Below are positions 47,838 to 56,192 of a stretch of 60,357 nt of DNA, in pieces; position 1 is the stretch's first letter, and the number at the start of each line of letters is the position of its first letter. The DNA comes from Patescibacteria group bacterium (GTDB taxonomy: Bacteria; Patescibacteriota; Minisyncoccia; Phycocordibacterales; JAKFXT01): contig JBBTUX010000008.1 of assembly GCA_038063555.1 (NCBI GenBank), forward strand, positions 1 to 60,357, read 5' to 3'. Made by a program: the position numbers and the translations under genes. The notes below the pieces were generated by a model. It worked only from the letters and a program-made list of their open reading frames with translations, did no database searches and had not been told where the DNA came from.

Positions 47838-48833
47838 ATGAAAGATTTTGACTTTGTAGCAGTTGGCGACATTGTGACTGATGCATTCATTCGTCTTAAA
47901 GATGCCTCTGTTCATTGCGATATAGATAAAGAAAATTGCCAAATTTCAATGCGCTTTGGCGATAAAATTCCCTATGAATTTGTAGAAGTTGTTGCCGGAG
48001 TGGGAAACAGTCCAAATGCTGCAGTTTCCGCATCTCGTCTTGGTTTAAAGACAGCACTTGTTACTGATCTTGGAGATGACAGAGTGGCGGAAGACACTGT
48101 TACTGTTTTAAAAAGCAATAATATAGATACTTCTTTTGTTCATCTTCATGATGGAATGAAAAGTAATTACCATTACGTCTTGTGGTTTGAAGATGATAGA
48201 ACAATTTTGGTAAAACATTATGATTATCCATATAAATTTCCTGATATTGGAAATCCAAAATGGCTTTATCTTTCTTCTTTAGCCGAACAATCTCTTCCCT
48301 ATCACAAAGAAATAATAAATTATTTAAAAGCGCATCCAAAAATAAAACTGGCCTTTCAGCCAGGAACGTTTCAAATGAAACTTGGTATTTCAAGATTACG
48401 CGAAATTTATACAATAGCCGAAGTTTTTTTCTGCAATGTGGAAGAAGCTAAAAGGATATTAAACACAGATGAGCATAAAATTGGTCGCCTACTTCATTTA
48501 ATGCGGGAAGAAGGACCAAAAAATGTGGTTATTACTGATGGTCCTCGTGGCGCTTATGCCTATGACGGAAAGACTGCTTACTTTATGCCACCATATCCTG
48601 ATCCCAAACCACCGTATGAAAGAACCGGCGCAGGAGATGCTTTCGCCTCCACCTTTGCTTCCGCTTTAGCCCTTGGCAAATCAATTCCTGAAGCACTGCA
48701 GTGGGGACCGGTTAATTCTATGTCTGTTGTTCAATATGTCGGCGCTCAAAAGGGGTTGTTGCACAGAGGAGATTTGGAAAATTATTTAAATCACGCTCCA
48801 GAAAACTACAAGCCGCAAAAAATCCTTGAGTAG
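47838..48833 (+). CDS. PfkB-family carbohydrate kinase
   Basis: ..FVAVGDIVTD.., C-terminal TGAGDAFAS motif. Confidence 0.8.
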   Translation: MKDFDFVAVGDIVTDAFIRLKDASVHCDIDKENCQISMRFGDKIPYEFVEVVAGVGNSPNAAVSASRLGLKTALVTDLGDDRVAEDTVTVLKSNNIDTSFVHLHDGMKSNYHYVLWFEDDRTILVKHYDYPYKFPDIGNPKWLYLSSLAEQSLPYHKEIINYLKAHPKIKLAFQPGTFQMKLGISRLREIYTIAEVFFCNVEEAKRILNTDEHKIGRLLHLMREEGPKNVVITDGPRGAYAYDGKTAYFMPPYPDPKPPYERTGAGDAFASTFASALALGKSIPEALQWGPVNSMSVVQYVGAQKGLLHRGDLENYLNHAPENYKPQKILE

Positions 48834-48835
48834 CC

Positions 48836-48877
48836 ATAAACAAAAATCATACGATATATCGTATGATTTTTGTTTAT
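48836..48877. terminator. 42-nt perfect palindrome between convergent genes (bidirectional terminator candidate)
   Basis: ATAAACAAAAATCATACGATAT|ATATCGTATGATTTTTGTTTAT. The 18-nt core CATACGATATATCGTATG is also at 56434-56451. Confidence 0.7.
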
Positions 48878-48895
48878 CAGTGTTTGTATGCACTT

Positions 48896-49882
48896 CTACC
48901 TCTTAGAATCAGGATATGGAGGGTACTTCTCTGGATCAATTATTCTTTCAAAGCAAACGTATCCTACCCCGTGTTTCCAATTTTCATCCATTCCACCAGG
49001 ATATGGATATGAAGATTCACTTAGTCCTATTCCACCTCCCTTTCCTCCGTATGGATCTGGATAACTTCTTTCATTACTTTCTTTATTAAATTCTGCGCAA
49101 AGTTTAAAACTCATTCCTTCACCAAGAAGGTACTCATAATCTTTTCCTGTTTCTTTATCTTTTGGTATCATAAATCCGCTTAGAGGATCAGTCAAATCTG
49201 CCAACCCTTTGGGCATTTTTTCTTTTTGTTGCCAATAATTCACTATTTGCCACTGAATACTTTGCAAATCACTTATTTTTTGCTGGTCAAAACGAATCAT
49301 TCTTTGGCTCTGCGGGGAACCGATAACAAAAAAACCGCCAACAATAGAAGCAAAAACGATAATGGCGGCAACAATTCCAAGTGATCGCCCCAGCATTGGC
49401 TTTTCCACATACTTGCCTTTTAAATCCCAAGTGTAGTAAAGGAGAGTAAACCCGGTCAAAACTAAAACGGCCAAAACTTTCAAAATAAAACGGGTGGTAA
49501 TCTCTCCGTTTAGGAAAGTGTTAACAAGAACAACTAAATCTCCTATCACGATGGCGACAGCAACAAAAACAGTGAGATAAAGTAGCCACTTTCTGATGGC
49601 AAGTTCCTGCTTTTCCGGGTAGGCCCTCAAATCTTTATTGATGTAATACGTGGCAAACCAAAATACCGGAAATAAAATTATAAGCACTGCCAGAGAAAAT
49701 CTGACCGCCGCGGTATATGGATCATAGTAATAATAACTATCGGTTAAAATGTCAGGAAAATAATAATTTATGTAATTGAACAAAAGATTAAGCAAACTGC
49801 CGAAGGAAACATACAAAAGCGCTACTGTTGCAAGATAAATGAAAAAATCCTTGGCTGTTGTTTTTGGTGTCATAGGTGGCAT
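48896..49882 (-). CDS. polytopic membrane protein, hypothetical
   Basis: 328 aa with 5-6 TM segments followed by a soluble C-terminal domain. Confidence 0.65.
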   Translation of the reverse strand: MPPMTPKTTAKDFFIYLATVALLYVSFGSLLNLLFNYINYYFPDILTDSYYYYDPYTAAVRFSLAVLIILFPVFWFATYYINKDLRAYPEKQELAIRKWLLYLTVFVAVAIVIGDLVVLVNTFLNGEITTRFILKVLAVLVLTGFTLLYYTWDLKGKYVEKPMLGRSLGIVAAIIVFASIVGGFFVIGSPQSQRMIRFDQQKISDLQSIQWQIVNYWQQKEKMPKGLADLTDPLSGFMIPKDKETGKDYEYLLGEGMSFKLCAEFNKESNERSYPDPYGGKGGGIGLSESSYPYPGGMDENWKHGVGYVCFERIIDPEKYPPYPDSKR

Positions 49883-50023
49883 CCCATTAGAAAGTCGCTC
49901 GCAAAATCACGAACGAACTATGCTTTAAATTAGCTTTATTTAGACCTTTTAACATATACTTCTATATATAATTTTCCGTCGTAGCGACTTCCCTGCCCGT
50001 CATGTCGCAGGCGGGTAACGGGA
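49883..50023 (-). repeat. promoter/leader module copy B (as 3361-3490) carrying a 24-nt GC hairpin insertion
   Basis: CTTTCTAATGGGATG, GCTACGACGG, TATATA and TCCCGTTA are shared with copy A. Confidence 0.6.
49992..50015 (-). repeat. 24-nt GC-rich hairpin mini-element (minus strand CCCGCCTGC-gacatga-CGGGCAGG)
   Basis: Deleting it restores TTAGAA-18 nt-TATATA as seen in copy A. The arms are identical to 10271-10294. Confidence 0.7.
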
Positions 50024-50027
50024 CAGG

Positions 50028-51026
50028 TTATTCCACCAATTCTAACACTGCTTTTTTGATGTTAGCAACACTTAAACCATAATGTTCCAAAAGTTCGTCG
50101 GGCGTTCCCGATTGGCCAAACTGATCATCAACTCCAATTATTTTCATAGGAACTGGATAATTTTGGGAAAGAAATTCTGCTACAGCTGAACCCATTCCCC
50201 CTTTTGCTTGATGTTCTTCCACTGTTACTACTTTACCCGTACGCTTGGCCACTTCAAAAATAGTTTTTTCATCAAAAGGTTTTATTGTTGAGAGATTCAC
50301 TACAATCATTTGAATTCCTTCGGCTTCCAATTCTTTGGCAACAACCAATGCCTTGTGCACCAATGCCCCCGTCGCCACGATTGCGGCGACGGGTTTTTCA
50401 TCTTTATTTTCAGGTTGCCAAAATATCTGCGCCTTACCAATTTCAAATGGAGTTTCATCCGTTGTAATTATTGGAGTTTTTTCTCGAGCAAGACGAATAT
50501 ACACCGGTCCAATCATCTTGGCGGCGGCAATGGTGGCTTTTTTGGCTTCAATTGAGTCACACGGAGAAATTACCGTGAGGCGAGGAATAACGCGCGTAAT
50601 GGCAATATCTTCAATGGCTTGATGCGTGCCTCCATCTTGTCCGACTGAAATACCGGCGTGGCTTCCAGCAATTTTCACATTCCTATTGTTATAGCAAATT
50701 GTAGTGCGAATTTGTTCCCAATTTCTCCCAGGAGAAAACATGGCGTATGAGGAAATGAATGGGATCTTTCCCATCGCCGCCATTCCGCTTGCAACGGATG
50801 CCATGCTTTGCTCTCCTATTCCCATTTCTATGAATCTTTCGGGAAACTTTTGTTTAAATAAATGCATTCTGGTGGATTCTGTTAAATCGGCGCAAAGCCC
50901 CACCACATTTTTATCGTTTTCCGCCGCAATCACCAATCCTTCACCAAAACCAAAACGAATGGGCATTTGTTCCACATCTTTATCAAAAAGATTTTTATTT
51001 AGTTTTTTTGAGTTTTGGTTAAGCAT
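50028..51026 (-). CDS. tkt: transketolase, C-terminal (pyrimidine-binding) subunit
   Basis: ..GIGEQSMASVASGMA.., 332 aa. Confidence 0.85.
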   Translation of the reverse strand: MLNQNSKKLNKNLFDKDVEQMPIRFGFGEGLVIAAENDKNVVGLCADLTESTRMHLFKQKFPERFIEMGIGEQSMASVASGMAAMGKIPFISSYAMFSPGRNWEQIRTTICYNNRNVKIAGSHAGISVGQDGGTHQAIEDIAITRVIPRLTVISPCDSIEAKKATIAAAKMIGPVYIRLAREKTPIITTDETPFEIGKAQIFWQPENKDEKPVAAIVATGALVHKALVVAKELEAEGIQMIVVNLSTIKPFDEKTIFEVAKRTGKVVTVEEHQAKGGMGSAVAEFLSQNYPVPMKIIGVDDQFGQSGTPDELLEHYGLSVANIKKAVLELVE

Positions 51027-51314
51027 TTATTTAACAGTGAGAGTTAAACCAAGTCCGTGAGTCACTTTTTTTAGAAATGACAATCGCGGATTAATTCTGC
51101 CAGACTCAAAACGAGCAAGGGCTGACTGTGCCACACCAATTTTTTGTGCTAACTGTTTTTGGGTAACTCCTTTTCTAACGCGTGCCTCAATCATTGCTTC
51201 TATTAACTTAAATTCAAACTCAAGGTCGTCATAGGCCTTTTTAAACCCGGGTCTTTTCATCAATTTCTGTTTCAACTTGCTGAAGGGATAAAATTTTATT
51301 TTTTGTTTTTTCAT
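51027..51314 (-). CDS. XRE-family HTH antitoxin (HigA-like)
   Basis: ..VTQKQLAQKIGVAQSALARFESG... Downstream of the Gp49/RelE-like gene. Confidence 0.65.
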   Translation of the reverse strand: MKKQKIKFYPFSKLKQKLMKRPGFKKAYDDLEFEFKLIEAMIEARVRKGVTQKQLAQKIGVAQSALARFESGRINPRLSFLKKVTHGLGLTLTVK

Positions 51315-51364
51315 ACTTTTTTATTCTAAATAATAACATCTAATATACTAATATAACATATATG

Positions 51365-51679
51365 TTATATTTTGCGCAAGAGAACCAACCTGCCTCTGGC
51401 TGTTTTAAGATCTCTTCTTTCCAACTTTTTGGTCTTTTTGCTAACAGCGTGCAAAAGGAAGACTTTTCCGCCGTAAAAAGTATAGAAAACTCGCACATTC
51501 GACATACCCTGTATGCGCAATTCATATAAACCTTTTTCCAGCATTCTGCTAAAAGGCATAACCAAGTTGTATTCGCGGATACCAAGTAATTCTATAAGTC
51601 GCGCCACTTTTGTTGCTGTTGTGCTTTCTAGTGAACTAAAGAATTTTTCTATGTCGGGATGATAATGAATTATTTCCAT
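51365..51679 (-). CDS. RelE/ParE-superfamily toxin (Gp49/HigB-like)
   Basis: ..LEKGLYELRIQGMSNVRVFYTFYGGKVFLLHAVSKKTKKL... Confidence 0.65.
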   Translation of the reverse strand: MEIIHYHPDIEKFFSSLESTTATKVARLIELLGIREYNLVMPFSRMLEKGLYELRIQGMSNVRVFYTFYGGKVFLLHAVSKKTKKLERRDLKTARGRLVLLRKI

Positions 51680-51783
51680 TTTTTATTTTCTTTATTCAGA
51701 ACAACCACTAAATCATTTCCTTATCGGCGGCTGTTCAACATATTTATCAAAAACTTTTGGATTTAATTTTGCGTTTTGATTAA

Positions 51784-52131
51784 TCATTTTAAATTTTTTA
51801 AATCTATTTTTGTTCCCTCCGTTTTTGCTATTACTGGTATGCCTAATTCTCTAGCCAATAAAATCTCTTCTTTCATACCAGAGGAGATTTTGTCACCAAA
51901 AAGCCACAACTCATCCAAATATCTGCGGTGAAAACATTCCAAATTTGCTTCTTTTCCAAGTTCCCTATCTTCTATGACATTATCATTGAGATATCTTAAA
52001 GAAACTAAGTATGGAGCTACCGGTATTATTTCTTTTGTATGTACATCTTCACAAATCTGAAGAGATTTCTTCATGTTATTTTCTATGTCACCAGCAATTG
52101 GATGTGCTATGAATACTATTTTTTTATTCAT
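51784..52131 (-). CDS. nucleoside 2-deoxyribosyltransferase-like small protein (DUF4406-type pattern)
   Basis: KIVFIAHPIAGD..NN...S.........P.... and a C-terminal LWLFGDKISSGMKEEILLAREL. Confidence 0.4.
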   Translation of the reverse strand: MNKKIVFIAHPIAGDIENNMKKSLQICEDVHTKEIIPVAPYLVSLRYLNDNVIEDRELGKEANLECFHRRYLDELWLFGDKISSGMKEEILLARELGIPVIAKTEGTKIDLKNLK

Positions 52132-52993
52132 GTTCTGATTTAATTTTTCCTCCTAAGGTTCTAAGTTCCGCAAGTGCCATAGCGCCTTCTTCTTTATTAG
52201 GTGGTTTGCCGTGCCATTCGTATTTTCTCTCAAATTCCTTTACCCCTTTTCCCGGAATAGTGTGCGCGATAATTACAGAGGGTTTTTCAAATACGGCTTT
52301 AGCGTGTTCAATTGCAGAAATTATTTGCGGGAAATTATGTCCATCTATTTCTTCCACATGCCAATTAAATGATTCCCATTTCGCTCGCAAATTCTCAAGT
52401 GGCATAATATCTTCCGTAAAACCGTCTATTTGAATGTTGTTTCTATCAACAATTCCAATTAGATTGTGTAATTTTTCTTTTCCGGCAAGCATCATTGCTT
52501 CCCAAATTTGCCCACAATCAAGCTCTCCGTCCCCCATTAAACAATAGAAAAATTTACTGGTGGCGCGTCCATTATTCATTCTCTCTGCGAGAGCCATACC
52601 AACCGCCTGCGAAAGCCCGCTTCCAAGTGGTCCGCTTGATGTTTCCAGTAAGGGTAACCACTCTCTGTGTGGGTGTCCTTGAAGGCGTGACTCAAATTTT
52701 CTTAAAGTTTTTAGTTCATCAATTTCAAAATACCCAGAATGCGCCATCGTGGCATAAAGCACTGGGCAAATGTGGCCATTAGATAAAACCACCCTGTCTC
52801 TTTCTTCCCAATCGGGATTCTTGGGGTTGTGTTTTAAAATATGAAAATAGAGAGCGGTAAAAATATCGGCCATACCAAGGGGTCCTGCGGTGTGACCGGA
52901 TTTTGCTTCCAAAAGCATTTCAATAATTGATTTACGAATACTATTTGCTTTCAGTTCTAATTCCTCTATTTTTTTATCTGACAAGAACTCCAT
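52124..52993 (-). CDS. tkt: transketolase, N-terminal (TPP-binding) subunit
   Basis: Start set at MEFLSDKK. ..SGHTAGPLGMADI.., GDGELDCGQIWEA. Confidence 0.85.
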   Translation of the reverse strand: MEFLSDKKIEELELKANSIRKSIIEMLLEAKSGHTAGPLGMADIFTALYFHILKHNPKNPDWEERDRVVLSNGHICPVLYATMAHSGYFEIDELKTLRKFESRLQGHPHREWLPLLETSSGPLGSGLSQAVGMALAERMNNGRATSKFFYCLMGDGELDCGQIWEAMMLAGKEKLHNLIGIVDRNNIQIDGFTEDIMPLENLRAKWESFNWHVEEIDGHNFPQIISAIEHAKAVFEKPSVIIAHTIPGKGVKEFERKYEWHGKPPNKEEGAMALAELRTLGGKIKSEHE

Positions 52994-53006
52994 TTTAAAA
53001 TTATAT

Positions 53007-53315
53007 TCAGTGACGATTAGCCAACCTCTCAACTCTCATTTCTAATTTATTCAACTGAAGACGAAAATCTCTGTGAGTTCCCTCAAATTCGCGTCTGGAA
53101 ATAAAACGTGTCCCAACATCAAAAATATCTTGCCTCACCTTTTTTAAAACATCCTTATTCTCGCCCATTTCATTTTCAAGTGAAATGATTTTACTTTCCA
53201 GATCACGCAAACTAATCCTTATTTGATGTAAATTGTCTCCGAAATCGGAAAATCCCCTGCCTATCACGGTAGCCAAATCTTCAGTGCTTATATCCTTTTT
53301 CTGTTTCCTCTTCAT
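53007..53315 (-). CDS. hypothetical coiled-coil protein
   Basis: 102-aa ORF with heptad-like pattern. Confidence 0.45.
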   Translation of the reverse strand: MKRKQKKDISTEDLATVIGRGFSDFGDNLHQIRISLRDLESKIISLENEMGENKDVLKKVRQDIFDVGTRFISRREFEGTHRDFRLQLNKLEMRVERLANRH

Positions 53316-53322
53316 ATGACGA

Positions 53323-54018
53323 TTATATCACCCTCAGAGAATCGATGGCCTCTTTTATATCTACGGCATTAAAAATGTATGAGCCAGAAACAAGACGTGT
53401 TGCGCCCGCCTCCACCAATTGCGGCGCCGAATCGGCATTCACCGCTCCATCAACACTTATTATAAGGTTAGGGTATCTTTTTCTAAATTCTTTTATCCTA
53501 GTTAATACTTTTATAGAAAACGGTTCTCCCTGATAACCAATTTTGTCTATCCCCATCTGTTGCACAAAATCTACTAGTGGTATAAGAGATTCAATTTTTT
53601 CAAGCTCTGTTTCTGTACCAATGGCAAGACCCACTTCTGGAGCAGAATAATTTTCTGACTTTCTGCCATATTGTGAGCGAATCTTCTCTATTATATTTTT
53701 TATATCTCCGTGACTTTCAAAATGTAATATGATACGTGATGCCCCAATTTTAATCCACTCAAAAGCATCCCTGTCTGGCGATGAGACCATCAAATCGATT
53801 TCATAATTTATTTTTTCCCATTCTGGAAGCCCAAGCTCTTCGCGTTGCAACTTTTTAAAATCCATAATTTCCCCGCGATAAGGCCAAGTTTTCTCTGGCA
53901 CAAAATCGCCATCCATAATGTCTAGCTGAACGGATGAAACAAACGGCGCCACACGCGCAACCTTAGATGAGAGGTCAGCAAAATCGCTTGGCATTATGGC
54001 AGGAATTATCTCAGTCAT
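53323..54018 (-). CDS. rpe: ribulose-phosphate 3-epimerase family
   Basis: Start set at MTEIIPAIMP. ..VQLDIMDGDFVP... Confidence 0.75.
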   Translation of the reverse strand: MTEIIPAIMPSDFADLSSKVARVAPFVSSVQLDIMDGDFVPEKTWPYRGEIMDFKKLQREELGLPEWEKINYEIDLMVSSPDRDAFEWIKIGASRIILHFESHGDIKNIIEKIRSQYGRKSENYSAPEVGLAIGTETELEKIESLIPLVDFVQQMGIDKIGYQGEPFSIKVLTRIKEFRKRYPNLIISVDGAVNADSAPQLVEAGATRLVSGSYIFNAVDIKEAIDSLRVI

Positions 54019-54085
54019 TGGACAATTGTAACCTGTTTTCAAAATTAATGCAGAAAACAAAGAAAAATCAAAAACTTGTGGTTTT

Positions 54086-54532
54086 TTAATTTTCGTCTAT
54101 TTTTTTGAGACGTCGCACATGCCTCTCATCTTCACTATAAGCTGTCTCTAACCAAAGCTTAACGGCACTCTCTGCTTCTTCGCTTTTTAGAAAACGAGCC
54201 CCTAGTGACAAAATATTGGAATTGTTGTCTTCACGAGAAATTTTTACTATCTTTTCTGATCCTCCATAATAAACAGCGGCGCGAATTCTTTTAAAACGAT
54301 TCACTGTCATGGCTTCTCCCTGGCCCGAGCCACCTAAAATAATACCTCTGGTATCATTGGGCTCCTTTAATATTTCTTCAGCCACAAGAGAAACATAATC
54401 TGGATAATCATCATTTGGATCATGAGAAAAAGGGCCTTTGTCTATGGCTGTATATCCTTGGGCATTCAAAAAACCAATAAGATGATTCTTTAATTCAAAA
54501 CCGGCATGATCTGATGCTAAATATATTTTCAT
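54086..54532 (-). CDS. rpiB: ribose-5-phosphate isomerase B
   Basis: MKIYLASDHAGFELK.., ..GILLGGSGQGE... Confidence 0.85.
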   Translation of the reverse strand: MKIYLASDHAGFELKNHLIGFLNAQGYTAIDKGPFSHDPNDDYPDYVSLVAEEILKEPNDTRGIILGGSGQGEAMTVNRFKRIRAAVYYGGSEKIVKISREDNNSNILSLGARFLKSEEAESAVKLWLETAYSEDERHVRRLKKIDEN

Positions 54533-54543
54533 ATTATAATTTT

Positions 54544-55122
54544 TTAAGCAAATATCTCTTTTAATTTATCCCTCATACCGAAAGCGCTTGGCATGGAATC
54601 GATTAATATCATTTCTATGTTTTGCCTAGTATTGGTAGAATCCTCTCCACCGTTTAAATTTAGTTTATTCTTTATCATTTCCACAAAAAAGTAGCCATTT
54701 TTATCTTTATAGGCACTTGAAGTCACATTTGGTATTAAAATAATCTTATTGAGAAAATCCTCTAGGGCCTTTTCTTTATCACTTGTATCTATTGAGGATA
54801 TCAATATCCTATTTAATAATATTTCCCAAACTTTTCTTATACCATCAATTTCTGGGGCTGAATTTATTAGCAAATTATATTCCTCGGCATGAGGTTCTGA
54901 AGAAAGATCTTCGTACATCTTTGACATTTCTTCAGCATATTCCAAATATTTAGGATTACCACCAAGCAACTCAATGAATTCGTAAATGAACTCGGGCGGG
55001 GATTTTTCAATCAATTCTAAAAGTCCTTTCTCGTTTTCTGATTTTGACAAAACATCTTCAATCTTAATTTTCTTCTTTCCCTCCGTATTATTTTCAACAT
55101 TTTTTGCTATTATTTCTTCCAT
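54544..55122 (-). CDS. hypothetical protein
   Basis: ORF start set at MEEIIAK, just after the gap stop codon. Confidence 0.5.
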   Translation of the reverse strand: MEEIIAKNVENNTEGKKKIKIEDVLSKSENEKGLLELIEKSPPEFIYEFIELLGGNPKYLEYAEEMSKMYEDLSSEPHAEEYNLLINSAPEIDGIRKVWEILLNRILISSIDTSDKEKALEDFLNKIILIPNVTSSAYKDKNGYFFVEMIKNKLNLNGGEDSTNTRQNIEMILIDSMPSAFGMRDKLKEIFA

Positions 55123-55123
55123 A

Positions 55124-56155
55124 TTAAATATTTTTACCACTCACTATCACATGCTCTAGTAATGCATGGGAATATCCCATCTCATTATCATACCAAGCGC
55201 AAACCTTGACTAAATTCCCATCTATAACTCTGGTTAAATTTAAGTCCGCAATTGAGGCAAAGGTGTTCCCCACTATGTCAGATGACACCAATGGCTCATC
55301 CGTTACAGAAAAAACTTTTTGCCACCTCTTTTCCTTTGACGCTTTTTTTAAAGCTTCATTAACCTCTTCTACACTCGTATTTCTTTTAGAAATAAAGGTA
55401 ATGTCTGCAATAGATCCTGCTAGGACTGGCACTCGCATTGAAATACCGTCAAATTTGCCAACTAATTGCGGCAGGGCTTGGGAAAGGGCTATTGCCGCTC
55501 CAGTTGAAGTCGGCACTATATTTCCCGCGGCGGCACGTCCTTCTTTCCAATCTTTCTTTGATGGACTGTCAACGATAGATTGACTGGCGGTATAACCATG
55601 CACGGTTGAAAGTACCGCTTTTTCTATGCCAATCGCTTCATCCAATATTGCAATTAGTGGACTTGCGGCGTTCGTAGTGCAAGATGCATTTGAAGAAATG
55701 GAAGTGTCAGTAAGTAAATTGTCATTTATTCCAAGGAGCACGGTTTCTCCTTTTAACCCATCTGGCGCTTTGTCTTTAACGGGAGCGGTAATAACCACTC
55801 TTTTTGCCCCAACATCCAAATGCGCTTTTGCTTTTTCATAATTAGCAAATCGCCCAGTGGATTCTACAACAATATCAATCCCCAATTTCCCCCAGGGAAG
55901 TTTGCTCGGGTCTTTTTCACTTAAAAATGCGATCTCTTTTCCGTTTACTATTAATTTTCTGTTTTCGCCATTAACTTCTGTTTTTATATCCAAGTCACTT
56001 TTACCATAAACGGTATCGTATTTTAAAAGGTAGGCAAAATTCTCTACCATTCCCAAATCATTTATCGCCACAACTTCAATCCCCTTCTTTTTTATCGCCA
56101 ATTTGAAAAAAGCCCTACCAATTCTTCCAAAACCGTTTATAGCAACCTTCGTCAT
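55124..56155 (-). CDS. gap: glyceraldehyde-3-phosphate dehydrogenase
   Basis: MTKVAINGFGRIGR.., SNASCTTN active site. Confidence 0.92.
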   Translation of the reverse strand: MTKVAINGFGRIGRAFFKLAIKKKGIEVVAINDLGMVENFAYLLKYDTVYGKSDLDIKTEVNGENRKLIVNGKEIAFLSEKDPSKLPWGKLGIDIVVESTGRFANYEKAKAHLDVGAKRVVITAPVKDKAPDGLKGETVLLGINDNLLTDTSISSNASCTTNAASPLIAILDEAIGIEKAVLSTVHGYTASQSIVDSPSKKDWKEGRAAAGNIVPTSTGAAIALSQALPQLVGKFDGISMRVPVLAGSIADITFISKRNTSVEEVNEALKKASKEKRWQKVFSVTDEPLVSSDIVGNTFASIADLNLTRVIDGNLVKVCAWYDNEMGYSHALLEHVIVSGKNI

Positions 56156-56192
56156 TATCTTTATTTATTAATCACTATTTTAATGTTTATTA

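Noticed and set aside
51340-51585. 81-aa ORF overlapping the RelE/Gp49-like toxin gene
   Set aside because: It is an alternative frame of the toxin gene, and the toxin frame carries the conserved family pattern.
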